64,000 nucleotides of DNA from Macrostomum lignano (Eukaryota). Position 1 is the stretch's first letter. Every line of letters begins with the position of its first letter. This document shows positions 39,390-53,548 of the stretch, in pieces. The position numbers and the translations under genes were made by a program. Below the pieces are notes generated by a model. The model searched no databases. It saw nothing but the letters and a program-made list of their open reading frames with translations, and was not told where the DNA came from. The stretch covers positions 1 through 64,000 of the forward strand of contig NIVC01002104.1 in assembly GCA_002269645.1 (NCBI GenBank), written 5' to 3'.

Positions 39390-39604
39390 ACAGTAGTATA
39401 GTAGTGTTTACTTTGTATTTTTTTAAAAATGATTTCAACTTATTTTGTTATGTACACAATGAATTGTCTGCTTCAATCAATTTTTTAAATTACATGTAAA
39501 TTCATTGTGCGATAACATTTTTTGTGTGATTTCCTTGTTCAAACTTTATAATATAGTAAAAGTTTTTTTCAACAATATAAAGTACATTCATGTCTGTCCC
39601 CTCC

Positions 39605-40272
39605 TGAATGTACATTTACACCTCTACCCCCTCCAGGGTGTACATTCACAGCTCTACCCCTCAGAGTGTACATTTACATCTCTACCCTCTCCCAGAGTGT
39701 ACATTCACAGCTCTACCCTCTCCCAGAGTGTACATTTACAGCTCTACCCCCCAGAGTGTACATTTACAGCTCTACCCTCTCCCAGAGTGTACATTTACAG
39801 CTCTACCCCCCAGAGTGTACATTTACATCTCTACCCTCTCCCAGAGTGTACATTCACAGCTCTACCCTCTCCCAGAGTGTACATTTACATCTCTACCCTC
39901 TCCCAGAGTGTACATTCACAGCTCTACCCTCTCCCAGAGTGTACATTTACAGCTCTACCCCCTCCAGAGTGTACATTTACAGCTCTACCCTCTCCCAGAG
40001 TGTACATTTACAGCTCTACCCCCTCCCAGAGTGTACATTTACAGCTCTACCCCCCAGAGTGTACATTTACATCTCTACCCTCTCCCAGGGTGTACATTCA
40101 CAGCTCTACCCTCTCCCAGAGTGTACATTTACATCTCTACCCTCTCCCAGAGTGTACATTCACAGCTCTACCCTCTCCCAGAGTGTACATTCACAGCTCT
40201 ACCCTCTCCCAGAGTGTACATTTACAGCTCTACCCCCTCCAAAGTGTACATTCACAGCTCTACCCTCCAGTG
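39605..40272. repeat. ~28-31-bp minisatellite
   Basis: CAGAGTGTACATTTACAGCTCTACCCTCTCC units. Confidence 0.95.
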
Positions 40273-40869
40273 TACATGCAATTTGTGGACGCTCCTTAAT
40301 TGGTTAACATAGGTCAATTAGTTTAGTCTAGTCATTCTGAGTTTCTTTACACGACACCCTAATATGCTAAAATGCCTTAGTAGTTCTAACCAAAGAATTC
40401 TGTGGTTCTAAGTAAGCAATTAAATTCTTCCTGTGATGTTGAATCATAAAGGTTGTAACGTGACTTATTTATTATCTTAACTGTTGATTTTGTCATTATA
40501 TGAATTAGTTTGACCGTTTATTTAATGTTCCATTGATTTACTTTTAGTCCTACTTTTAGTAGCAATATACGCAGGTTTTTTAGAAAAACAACCGCAAAAT
40601 TATGCAAGCAAGAGATTTTCGTCAGTTCAAGTAAAGCACTGGTTGTGCATAATATTGTTTTAAAATGTACGGTATATTTCCTTAGATCAATCATGCCGGA
40701 TTTACATTAACAGACCAATTGATTCTACGAGTACCACTAAAAATCAAAAGCATTTATTTTGGTCTTCATTTATTTGTTGGAAAAAAGGAAGCCGCTTCTA
40801 TTGAATCATTTTTTTTGGCTCCTTCAGTTTCTGTAAAGCTCAGGGTTTGCGATAGAGAGAGACAGTAGT

Positions 40870-43800
40870 TTAACTTGGCCTTGGCTTTACTTTATTGTAC
40901 AGCACTATCTTCTTGTCTGCATAGCGGCTGCGGGAGGGTCGCTGCTGCTGCTGTTGCTGCTGCTGGAGCCGCTTGATTTCTGCCAACTGTTTGGGCGACA
41001 GTTTGGCCTCCCGTTCGGCGACACGCTGTGCCACCGATTCCGTCAGCTCTTTGAGCTCCGGAAAGTCGTCGAGATTGTCGATTAGCGGGATCAGCAGTGG
41101 CTCGATGCTTGGGTGCTTGCTGGCTGGAATTGAGCGATGCGGGTGAATTGAGACTGCATTCTTGATGGGCGGAGTGATAGACGGGAATGTACACTCGATT
41201 GGGATAGAGGGGCTGTATGTACATTCTTGATAGGTGGAGTGGTGATAGTGAAACTGTACACTCGATTGGGATAGAGAGGCTGTATGTACATTCTTGATAG
41301 GCGGAGTGGTAGAGGGGATTGTAATATTCCTGCACGAAAACGAGACGCACGAGTTTGCGTGTAGGAAAATCATTGTCTTTTGACCATAGACAAAGTCATT
41401 ACTGCACGGTTTTCGAGAAACGTTAAGAAGAGATGAAAATTGAGTGGAGAGTTTATAGAAAAGTGTATAAAGCTTATTGACTATGGCGTCTGTAATCGAC
41501 TCGGCTCTGAATCCTCCATTAATTGATTTTCGCTATGCTACGGTGTCTGGATTAATTGGCGACGAAATGTTTATTGAAAGTGTGTCCAGCAACTTTGAGA
41601 GGACGGGCGACGATTTGACTGCACTGATAGCGGATTGCACGTTCAGCGAGGAATTAGAGAAACTTTTCAGCTCGGATCCGGAAACCTTGTGTAACCTTGA
41701 CGAATTGGAAAGTCTGGCCGCTCAACTGGAACGCGACAACGAATGTCATTCGACTGTCTCTAAGGATAAAGCTGTGATCAACCGCTTGACGGCCTGGTTG
41801 GCGGAGAATAATTTAAAAGTGGATTACGCGACTGCTTCGGTGGAAGAAATTGCCAAATGGGTCCGCTACTTCTATGCGACTCTGCGTAAGTCAGACGGCA
41901 GCTTCTATTCGCCGAATACAATCGTAGGAATTCGAGCCGCACTGTTCAGGTACTTTATGAAATTACGTGGCCTCAATATCATCGCTCACGAGGCTTTTCA
42001 TAGCGCGAAATTGATGGTGAAGAATGTTTGCAATGCGTATTTGAAGTCCGGTGGTCGAGTGCAGCATTACGAAGCCATTGAGTCGGACGACCTTGTCAAG
42101 CTTGCTTCTTACTTCGACAGAAGCACTCCAACACGTTTGCAAGAAGAGGTATATTTCAATGTGTTATTTTATTTCGGCAATCGCGGCAGAGAATGGCTAC
42201 GAGGTCTCACTGTTCGTTCATTCCGAGAGAAGGCCCTATCAAACGGAGCTATGGCGATCGAGTTGCAAGGCAGCACCTCAAAGAATGTAAAAGGCTCGAG
42301 TGACATGCGACTCTGCGACGACAATAAACAGGCCTTGATGGTGGCCAAGCCGGAGTCAAGGCACTGTCCAGTTCAGGCCTTCCAGCTTTATTTGTCGAAA
42401 ATTACTGCCGTGCCGGGTTGGAATCAGGAGGACTTCTTTCTGCGTCCGAAACCACGAGTGAATGCGGATGGCATCTGGTACACCAAAGTACCAGTTGGAA
42501 TCAACACTTTGGGGCCGTTGCTCAAGAAGATCTCTTCGAATGCTAACCTTTCCAAGCTGTACACTCCGCATTGTGTGCGACCTACAGTTGTTACGGAGCT
42601 GCATGAAGCTGGCTTTTCTGTCGAAAAAATTGCGAAGGTGACAGGTCACAAGGTGAGCAATTCTTTATTCTTAGTAAGTTTATTGACACATGGACAAGGA
42701 ATTTATTAAACACCACCTCTATTCACAGAATAGCGCGTCGGTAGAACGATACATTCGGAGAGGCAAGAAGAGGGACTCGATCATGGCAGGGATGAGTGAT
42801 CAGCTGACAGTCGCTCTAGCTGGAACTATGCCGGCACCAAGTTCTACATTGAGCGAAGCTCCTGCAAGGGCTGTTACAACTACCGACCCGTGCGCCCTGA
42901 GCGACGCTCCTACAAGGGCTGTTGCGACTACCGACCCGTGCGGATCAGCGTCAATGTCAACTGTCAAGAAGTCACTGGTTGTTGAAGAATCGACCACCAC
43001 ACTTGTAGCAGCCCCACTAAGCGGATGAAGATTTTGGCAAACGGCGAAACGAATGTTGTGCAGTTTATTTTCGAGTAAATGCCGAGAGGGGTGTGAGTAG
43101 GTCTATAGACTCATTAACTGTTTCCCTAGTTCCACTTATTATCCTTTTTGTTCTTCCATATTGTTATTGATTACATATTCAGTTGCTTCTAAAAATAAAT
43201 TGTTAAATCGTGCAGGAATGAAGTCATTCCTGCACGATAAGCTAACGTATGTCAAGTGATTTCTACCATAGACACAGACATTCCTGCACGATAATAAATC
43301 GAAAAAAATCATTCCTGCACGCTGTGGTCAAACGACAATGTACACTCGATTGGGATAGAAAGGCTGTATGTACATTCTTGATAGGCGGAGTGGTGATTGT
43401 GAGACTGTATACTCGATTGGGATAGAGAGGCTGATGTACATTCTCGATAGGCGGAGTGGTAGATATCTCTAGGCGGAGTGGTAGATATCTCTAGGCGGAG
43501 TGGTAAATATCTCTAGGCGAGATATGTACACTGTAGTACATGTAGGAGGATAATTAAAAACTTTAAGGAACAAAATACAGTGTACATTGTTTTTATCGAT
43601 GCAGGCAGTGGTGAGCACTATAGGGTTCTGATGCTCTCGGTTCTAGGAAATATAGATTTTTTATTCTTATCAATTCGAATGAGATCATTCTTTGATTAAG
43701 CGTTTAATACTTCCGGGAAGTGAACTACAATTAATCAATCTATGAAAGCTTTTGAACTCCCACCCTTCCTACATTAGTTTAAATGTAATTAAAAGATACA

Positions 43801-46800
43801 AAGTACTATAGTTATCCAATAAACCTAATTGGAATTGAAAAAAACATTAGAAGCGCTTTTCACTGTAAAGGACTTTTAATACAAATGATATTCCTGTTGT
43901 TGAGTAGTTAATCAGATATATTAAGGAATTTTCCATTTTACTGTACGACCTCCTCTTGTAAGCAATTTAATCAAATCTGAAGTTAATCCGGCTTTACGTT
44001 GAAGAACAATTTGGAAATTAAAATAACTGCGTCTTGCAATAAAGCGTGATAGCAGTTCAAAATGTATTCGAGTGCACTGTAGACAGTCATTTTAACACAT
44101 TTCTCATTCACAGATTTAGACCTTATCTACAGATTTCACATCTACAGATTTCTTATCTGCAGATTTCTCATTCACACATTTCTCATCTACAGATTTCTCA
44201 TCTACAGATTTCTCATTCACACATTTCTCATCTACAGATTTCTCATTCACACATTTCTCATCTACAGATTTCTCTCCCAGAGATTTGCAATCCCTGCTCA
44301 CCTTGCAATTTGCACAGAACGACAACATCCCGACTGCCAATCTGATCCGATAGCGATTCGTGATCCTGCAGCTCGGGCAGCTTGAGCAGTTGGCCACCCA
44401 CTGTGCTGAGCTCGATGACAGCTGGAATAGGAAAGTTTTTATAGATTTTTAGTATGTAGCCAGGCTCTTAAAATTGTGGAAATCCTAGATATTTTTATTG
44501 TGAAATGCCTGACAGGAAGCTTAGCAAGTTTCAGTGGGAGATTTTTTCCAATCTGACAAATAGTTCGCAGCAGGAGGCAAAAAAACACGATTACAGCATT
44601 TTTCCCATGAACTTATCTCAACAGAATTTTTTCACGCTTGTAGCTGCTACAATCACATGTAAGCAATACAGACAACTCATCATCTGTTCGCTGCGTACGA
44701 GTACTCGTATACGCAGTAGTGTTATATTTCCACCGAGTTCCTCCGGGAGAACTGTAGCATCCAGCTAGCTAGCTGGTTATGACACCAACACTGCCAACCA
44801 ACATGCTTGACCTGTCACTACACGTATTGGAAATTTCACCCTACGTCAGTTGCTTACCCGGCTAAAAATAAATAGAATTGAGGCTTTTTAACGAAACAGA
44901 TGAGTGAACAGCAAAACCTCAGCAAAATGTTTTTACAGGGCACAAAAGATCTGCTTTGACTCTTTGGACTTTTAATGTATTGAAAACTAAAAGGGTTACG
45001 CAGGATTCTGTTGAGGCACGCAGGGGTCGGAAAAAAGATTGTGGGGAGAGCCAATCAAAGCCACGTACTTTGCACGCAGAGGACGGAAAACAGGAGGTTA
45101 GCGAGAGCCAATCAAAAGCCACACATTTCACACGCAGAGGGACGGAAAACAGGTTGCGGGAGAGCCAACCAAAAGCCACGTACTTCGCACGCAGGGGATG
45201 GAAAACACGGGGTTGGTGAGTGAGAGCCAACCAAAAGCCACGTTACTTCGCACGCAGGGGATGGAAAACACGGGGTTGGTGAGTGAGAGCCAACCAAAAG
45301 CCACGCACTTTGCACGCAGGGGACGGAAAACAGGAGGTTAGCGAGAGCCAATCAAAAGCCACACATTTCACACGCAGAGGGACGGAAAACAGGTTGCGGG
45401 GAGAGCCAACCAAAAGCCACGTACTTCGCACGCAGGGGATGGAAAACACGGGGTTGGTGAGTGAGAGCCAACCAAAAGCCACGCACTTCGCACGCAGGGG
45501 ATGGAAAACACGGGGTTGGTGAGTGAGAGCCAACCAAAAGCCACGCACTTCGCCCGCAGGGGATGGAAAACACGGGGTTGGTGAGTGAGAGCCAACCAAA
45601 AGCCACACACTTCGCACGCAGAGGGACGGAAAACACGGGGTTGATGAGTGAGAGCCAACCAAAAGCCACGTACTTCGCACGCAGGGGACGTAAAACAGGG
45701 GGTTGGTGAGTGAGAGCCAACCAAAAGCCACGCACTTCGCACGCAGGGGACGGAAAACAGGGTGTTAGCGAGAGCCAACCAAAAAGCCACGTTACTTCGC
45801 ACGCAGGGGATGGAAAACAGGGGTTGGTAAGTGAGAGCCAACCAAAAGCCGCGTACTTCGCACGCAGGGGACGGAAAACAGGGGGTTGGTGAGTGAGAGC
45901 CAACCAAAAGCCACGTACTTCGCACGCAGGGGACGGAAAACAGGGGGTTGGTAAGTGAGAGCCAACCAAAAGCCACGTACTTCGCACGCAGGGGATGGAA
46001 AACACGGGGTTGGTGAGTGAGAGCCAACCAAAAGCCACACACTTCGCACTTAGGGGGTGGGGCGGAAAACAGGGGGACAGAAGGATTGACCCGATCTCAA
46101 ATCTTAAGAGTACGTTCGTATAACCATTCCAGTCTACATGTAGATAGCTCTATCTAGTTTATGCAACGTAAGAAACATCTCATAGATTTTAAAACCAATA
46201 AAAATCTGTTGAGAGCTCACTATTTTGATCGAGTTTGCAGCTACGCCTGATTGCGCTGATCAGATGCTCTTTCTGGCACGTGATGTTGAACAGGGCTGTC
46301 TTATTGTCTGAAATAAGCAATTTTAATTGGTAAAGTGAAATATTTTTTGAATCCGAAAAAATTCAATCAGGTATCATTTTCCCTTAGGGTTAGGTCTGCA
46401 CATGTATAATACAGCAAACTGAAAATCTATATGCATTGTATTATCCGTCTAGCCTAAATCTTTGCTTAAAATATTCAATTGTCTCCGAAGCATTGGGCAG
46501 TTCTCGTATTACAAACCTAAGAGGCTTTGCAGCCTAATGCATCAGCTGCAGTGGGGGAGCATAGGGAGAGAGAGAGAGAGTAGAAGAAGAGCATTCAGAA
46601 CCCAAAGTCGTACCTGAAGTCAGAATGGCAACAGGTGAATGGCACTCAGAAACAAGAGATGACAAGACGATAAAGAGAGAGAGAGAGATCCTCTCGTCCC
46701 GACATTGATGAAGCTATGCGATGCTGGACAGTCTCAGATTAGTAAACAGTGCAATCATTTACAACTCCACTCTGTCCCTCTCCATCCTCATCGCTATGGT

Positions 46801-48441
46801 ATTAGTTGATGACCCACATAAAAATAGGCCTGGCAACCAATCCCAGTGATTGATGAAGCTGCTACAGAGTTTCCGGTTGATGCTGAGAAGTCCAGAGAGC
46901 AAGCAGTTCGAGATTTCCGGGGTCTTCTCTGTGGGTGAGGATGCCGCCCTATTCAACTAACCATATGACAAAATACTCTCGAAGGGATTCATCAATATGA
47001 ACTGTTAATACGCTTTGAGTATGATTAACTGGTACCCTCGATACACTGCAACAGTAGCCAATCTGCAGTGTTCCGCGGTAATTAGTCTGTCTAGACTAGA
47101 TGAACACAGACAAAATGTGATTGTAATAAACTAATATGAGACTTGTCCAAACTGTCATTGGTGATACGATGCTGATTCATTTAGTTTCATAATATTCAAC
47201 ATATTTCCTAGTTTTCTTTCGAATCAGGTGACTATTCACTAATGAACTCACTCACTCATTCACTAATTTGCTCATTCAAACACTCATTAATCGCTCATCA
47301 ACTTACTTTTCATCTTAAGGTGTCACTCATGAACTCACTCATGAAGTCAATCATGAAGTCACTCATGAACTCACTCATAAACTCACTCATGAAATCGCTC
47401 ATGAACTAATCAACTCACTCATGAACTCACTCATGAACTCACTCATGAACTCACTCATGAAATCGCTCATGAACTAATCAACTCACTCATGAACTCACTC
47501 ATGAACTCACTCATGAAATCGCTCATGAACTAATCAACTCACTCATGAACTCACTCATGAACTCACTCATGAAGTCAATCATGAAGTCACTCATGAACTC
47601 ACTCATGAAGTCAATCATGAAGTCACTCATGAACTCACTCATGAAGTCAATCATGAACTCACTCATGAACTCACTCATAAACTCACTCATGAACTCACTC
47701 ATGAACTCGCTCATGAAGTCAATCATGAAGTCACTCATGAACTCACTCATGAAGTCAATCATGAAGTCACTCATGAACTCACTCATGAACTCACTCATGA
47801 ACTCACTCATGAACTCACTCATGAAGTCAATCATGAAGTCACTCATGAACTCACTCATGAAGTCAATCATGAAGTCACTCATGAACTCACTCATGAAGTC
47901 AATCATGAACTCACTCATGAAGTCAATCATGAACTCACTCATGAACTCACTTATGAACTCACTCATAAACTCACTCATGAACTCACTCATGAACTCACTC
48001 ATGAACTCACTCATAAACCCACTCATGAACTCACTCATGAACTCATTCATAAGCTCACTCATGAACTCACTCATGAACTCACTCATGAACTCACTCATGA
48101 ACTCACTCATGAACTCACTCATAAACTCACTCATGAACTCACTCATGAACTCACTCATAAACTCACTCATGAACTCACTCATGAACTCACTCATGAACTC
48201 ACTCATGAACTCACTCATGAACTCACTCATGAACTCACTCATGAACTCACTCATGAACTCACTCATGAACTCACTCATGAACTCACTCATGAACTCACTC
48301 ATGAACTCACTCATTAACTCATCAACCCTTCCCAGCCCACTCACCGCCGTGCAGCACACAGAAGTACAGCGGTGGACAGGCCGCAGAACCGGTCGCAGAG
48401 CTCCGACCCGAGCCGGCGTCAGCGGCGGTGTCTGGCGTCAT
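40870..48441 (-). CDS. CXorf65/C22orf15-like protein, 4 exons
   Basis: Exons 48441-48345, 46307-46221, 44421-44302 and 41153-40870, all GT-AG and phase 1. They join to ...LYFCVLHGDNKTALFNITCQKEHLISAIRRSCKLDQNTVIELSTVGGQLLKL...SRDVVVLCKLQV...LLIPLIDN..., which parallels remembered CXorf65 (FIFIKHGDNQQFLVNTNC...IR...TIDL...G...R...CKV...FVPLLKN). The 3' end could splice further at ~40890. Confidence 0.75.
41180..41315. repeat. ~55-bp repeat interrupted by the YR element; resumes at 43338-43525
   Basis: TGTACACTCGATTGGGATAGAGAGGCTGTATGTACATTCTTGATAGGCGGAGTGGT is present on both sides of the element. Confidence 0.8.
41371..43340 (+). mobile_element. Crypton-type tyrosine-recombinase DNA transposon in intron 3 of the CXorf65-like gene
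   Basis: Encodes a YR. Imperfect 19-bp inverted ends CATTGTCTTTTGACCATAG (41371-41389) and CTGTGGTCAAACGACAATG (43322-43340). Direct repeat ACCATAGACA.AG.CATT.CTGCACG at 41383 and 43265, plus further CATTCCTGCACG motifs. The left boundary could extend to ~41322. Confidence 0.75.
41483..43028 (+). CDS. Tyrosine recombinase (Crypton/DUF3504-like), 2 exons
   Basis: Exons 41483-42652 and 42729-43028, with a 76-bp GT-AG phase-0 intron. FYATLRKSDGSFYSPNT..GIRAAL.RY, GNRGREWLR (Arg), SKNVKG (Lys), CPVQAF..YLSK, PVGINTL, HCVRPT (HxxR), and TGHK|NSASVERY (His and catalytic Tyr restored by splicing). Confidence 0.92.
44120..44275. repeat. 15-bp minisatellite
   Basis: ATCTACAGATTTCTC / ATTCACACATTTCTC units. 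Confidence 0.9.
45040..46050. repeat. ~57-61-bp minisatellite with higher-order variants
   Basis: GAGAGCCAACCAAAAGCCACGTACTTCGCACGCAGGGGATGGAAAACACGGGGTTGGTGAGT units. Confidence 0.95.
47330..48316. repeat. 12-bp minisatellite
   Basis: CATGAACTCACT / CATGAAGTCAAT units; explains ORFs 47523..48359 and 47545..48498. Confidence 0.97.
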
Positions 48442-49009
48442 GCCTGCCTTGTCTCGTTCTGGCTGGCTGAGAAACCTGTGGTTTCGCTTCTAAATTAAAA
48501 GATGATTATTGCATATATATTTTACACTTCGCTAGCTCAGACCGCTCTAATAGTAACATTATCATTTCTGCTAGGCATTGCAACCAACTATTTAGAGAAA
48601 AAGCAAGAGATGAAAGACAGGAAAGAGATGTGAGGGATAGAGAGACAAAAAATACGTAACTTGGCCTATTCCCAGCTACAAGTGGGGTCATAATAGCTTA
48701 GAGAAACTGCGGTATACCCAGTCCTGCATCACTTTGAATAGCTCGTATACTCTAGTTGGCGTACGTAGAAATTTAAACGAACTCAAAGTTAGTCTGTTAC
48801 TGGCTGCTCGCTCTGTGCTCTTCTCTTTCTCCTGAGCAACAGCTCTTCTTAGAACTGCTTTGAAATTCTGTGAGCTGCTGGTAAACAGCTGTGAAAAATT
48901 TGTAAGCAATACTTGATGTCTCTGATGACCGCTTGCTAAAGGCCATTCATCATTATGTCATAATTATGTATTTAGCTTGATCTTTTACCAAATCTAGCTT
49001 TTAAATGTG

Positions 49010-49940
49010 CGTGATCTGTCATTCTATCCATGCGTGATCTGTCACTCAATCCATGCTTGATCTGTCACTCAATCCATGCGTGATCTGTCACTCAATCCAT
49101 GCTTGATCTGTCACTCAATCCATGCGTGATCTGTCACTCAATCCATGCTTGATCTGTCACTCAATCCATGCTTGATCTGTCACTCAATCCATGCTTGATC
49201 TGTCACTCAATCCATGCTTGATCTGTCACTCTATCCATGCGTGATCTGTCACTCAATCCATGCTTGATCTGTCACTCAATCCATGCGTGATCTGTCACTC
49301 AATCCATGCTTGATCTGTCACTCAATCCATGGGTGATCTGTCACTCAATCCATGCTTGATCTGTCACTCAATCCATGCTTGATCTGTCACTCAATCCATG
49401 CTTGATCTGTCACTCAATCCATGCTTGATCTGTCACTCTATCCATGCGTGATCTGTCACTCAATCCATGCTTGATCTGTCACTCAATCCATGCGTGATCT
49501 GTCACTCAATCCATGCTTGATCTGTCACTCAATCCATGCGTGATCTGTCACTCAATCCATGCGTGAACTGTCACTCAATCCATGCGTGATCTGTCACTCA
49601 ATCCATGCTTGATCTGTCACTCAATCCATGCTTGATCTGTCACTCAATCCATGCTTGATCTGTCACTCAATCCATGCTTGATCTGTCACTCTATCCATGC
49701 GTGATCTGTCACTCAATCCATGCTTGATCTGTCACTCAATCCATGCGTGATCTGTCACTCAATCCATGCGTGATCTGTCACTCAATCCATGCTTGATCTG
49801 TCACTCAATCCATGCGTGATCTGTCACTCAATCCATGCGTGATCTGTCACTCAATCCATGCTTGATCTGTCACTCAATCCATGCGTGATCTGTCACTCAA
49901 TCCATGCATGATCTGTCACTCAATCCATGCTTGATCTGTC
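49010..49940. repeat. 23-bp minisatellite (copy 1; copy 2 at 50732-51662)
   Basis: GATCTGTCACTCAATCCATGC(TT/GT) units. Confidence 0.96.
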
Positions 49941-50731
49941 AAAATGGCGGCAATTTCGCCTGCATTTAAATCGATAAACTGATGGAGAATTATTGAAGAG
50001 ACTGAAGGCAGAAGAAACCGTCAATTATGTGCTTAAAAAGTGTAGATTTTCCCTTGCCAATGCGTTTTTTAGGCAGCACACAGAAGTACAGCGGTGGACA
50101 GGCCGCAGAACCGGTCGCAGAGCTCCGACCCGAGCCGGCGTCAGCGGCGGTGTCTGGCGTCATGCCTGCCTTGTCTCGTTCTGGCTGGCTGAGAAACCTG
50201 TGGTTTCGCTTCTAAATTAAAAGATGATTATTGCATATATATTTTACACTTCGCTAGCTCAGACCGCTCTAATAGTAACATTATCATTTCTGCTAGGCAT
50301 TGCAACCAACTATTTAGAGAAAAAGCAAGAGATGAAAGACAGGAAAGAGATGTGAGGGATAGAGAGACAAAAAATACGTAACTTGGCCTATTCCCAGCTA
50401 CAAGTGGGGTCATAATAGCTTAGAGAAACTGCGGTATACCCAGTCCTGCATCACTTTGAATAGCTCGTATACTCTAGTTGGCGTACGTAGAAATTTAAAC
50501 GAACTCAAAGTTAGTCTGTTACTGGCTGCTCGCTCTGTGCTCTTCTCTTTCTCCTGAGCAACAGCTCTTCTTAGAACTGCTTTGAAATTCTGTGAGCTGC
50601 TGGTAAACAGCTGTGAAAAATTTGTAAGCAATACTTGATGTCTCTGATGACCGCTTGCTATAGGCCATTCATCATTATGTCATAATTATGTATTTAGCTT
50701 GATCTTTTACCAAATCTAGCTTTTAAATGTG

Positions 50732-51662
50732 CGTGATCTGTCATTCTATCCATGCGTGATCTGTCACTCAATCCATGCTTGATCTGTCACTCAATCCATG
50801 CGTGATCTGTCACTCAATCCATGCTTGATCTGTCACTCAATCCATGCGTGATCTGTCACTCAATCCATGCTTGATCTGTCACTCAATCCATGCTTGATCT
50901 GTCACTCAATCCATGCTTGATCTGTCACTCAATCCATGCTTGATCTGTCACTCTATCCATGCGTGATCTGTCACTCAATCCATGCTTGATCTGTCACTCA
51001 ATCCATGCGTGATCTGTCACTCAATCCATGCTTGATCTGTCACTCAATCCATGCGTGATCTGTCACTCAATCCATGCTTGATCTGTCACTCAATCCATGC
51101 TTGATCTGTCACTCAATCCATGCTTGATCTGTCACTCAATCCATGCTTGATCTGTCACTCTATCCATGCGTAATCTGTCACTCAATCCATGCTTGATCTG
51201 TCACTCAATCCATGCGTGATCTGTCACTCAATCCATGCTTGATCTGTCACTCAATCCATGCGTGATCTGTCACTCAATCCATGCGTGAACTGTCACTCAA
51301 TCCATGCGTGATCTGTCACTCAATCCATGCTTGATCTGTCACTCAATCCATGCTTGATCTGTCACTCAATCCATGCTTGATCTGTCACTCAATCCATGCT
51401 TGATCTGTCACTCTATCCATGCGTGATCTGTCACTCAATCCATGCTTGATCTGTCACTCAATCCATGCGTGATCTGTCACTCAATCCATGCGTGATCTGT
51501 CACTCAATCCATGCTTGATCTGTCACTCAATCCATGCGTGATCTGTCACTCAATCCATGCGTGATCTGTCACTCAATCCATGCTTGATCTGTCACTCAAT
51601 CCATGCGTGATCTGTCACTCAATCCATGCATGATCTGTCACTCAATCCATGCTTGATCTGTC
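50732..51662. repeat. 23-bp minisatellite (copy 2, within the duplication)
   Basis: Same unit and nearly the same variant order as 49010-49940. Confidence 0.96.
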
Positions 51663-52222
51663 AAAATGGCGGCAATTTCGCCTGCATTTAAATCGATAAA
51701 CTGATGGAGAATTATTGAAGAGACTGAAGGCAGAAGAAACCGTCAATTATGTGCTTAAAAAGTGTAGATTTTCCCTTGCCAATGCGTTTTTTAGGCAAAA
51801 CATCTTTCTTGCGGTCCTTGCTTTCTACATTGGCAGCAGAAAGTGCACAAAAAACACCCCCAGTTTGTTGCCAGCAATCAGATGCCAGCCTTCATAAGCG
51901 CTCTGACAGATTAAATTTGTTAGCTGCAGTGAAGTCATATTAAGGAGGAGAGCTCTGAAGTTTAATCATATCCTGCATTATGATATGGTGTACTGTGGCT
52001 CACCACTAATTCTTGGCTAGGCATTGAAGGCTGAAATAAATATGGAGTGAATAACTTCTTTGTCGATTGCAGAGCTGCGACAGAAATATGGAATGCCCGT
52101 GCATAATTGATGGGGCTTACTGCTTCAGATGAAGCTCTGAAGCGATTGCGGCTTGAATGAAGATGGCTGTGCAATGCGGACTCAGTGTGAATAGACTGGT
52201 TATGCTGGATATTGGATTAATA

Positions 52223-53142
<920 letters not shown>

Positions 53143-53238
53143 ATGGACATGAAAGGAACAGTCCTTAAAATTCTGACTTGACTCGGTCCGTGAGTGGCCA
53201 GGCTGCTCTGAGCCCAAGCCCAGGCTCCTCCAGCCTCC

Positions 53239-53245
53239 TATAAAG
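53239..53245 (+). promoter_or_regulatory. Candidate TATA box of the Cys-rich precursor gene
   Basis: TATAAAG ~30 bp upstream of a putative non-coding exon ending at donor CAG|GTGTGA (53313). Acceptor TTTCAG at 53546, two bases before ATG 53549. Confidence 0.45.
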
Positions 53246-53548
53246 TTGCCTCATCATTGGTTTGTACGAGCTTCACTGTTCCAGACTGTGGAAGCTCAAG
53301 TTGGCTCTGCAGGTGTGACTTGTTAACACAAACATATTAACAGCTGTAATATTTACATATTAACTCCTTTATTAACTGAGAACAGGTGAGAATTGAATTG
53401 TTTGTCTCTAAAATGAGTTGGGCTTTGACTTTGAGCCGAGTGTGCGCGAGAGTATACTATGTAAATGTATTATTTTTTATTTTGTGTTATACGCTCGTAC
53501 GTCTCATCAATCTGCCTCATCAGTTCTAAGATTGCTACTATTTCAGAG

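Larger units (their letters stand above)
48351..51794. repeat. 1722-bp direct tandem segmental duplication (48351-50072 and 50073-51794)
   Basis: GCAGCACACAGAAGTACAGCGG starts both units, and duplicated ORFs appear at an exact 1722 offset (48506/50228, 48688/50410, 49993/51715). Few substitutions. 3-bp GCA microhomology at the junction. Confidence 0.97.

Noticed and set aside
44856-44859. Apparent 4-nt micro-exon (TTTTTAG|CCGG|GTAAGC, minus)
   Set aside because: Exons 46307-46221 and 44421-44302 already join in phase; inclusion would frameshift.
46759-46956. ORF with NCLLSGLLSINRKLC as candidate exon 2 of the CXorf65-like gene
   Set aside because: Exon 46307-46221 fits splice phase and family pattern much better.
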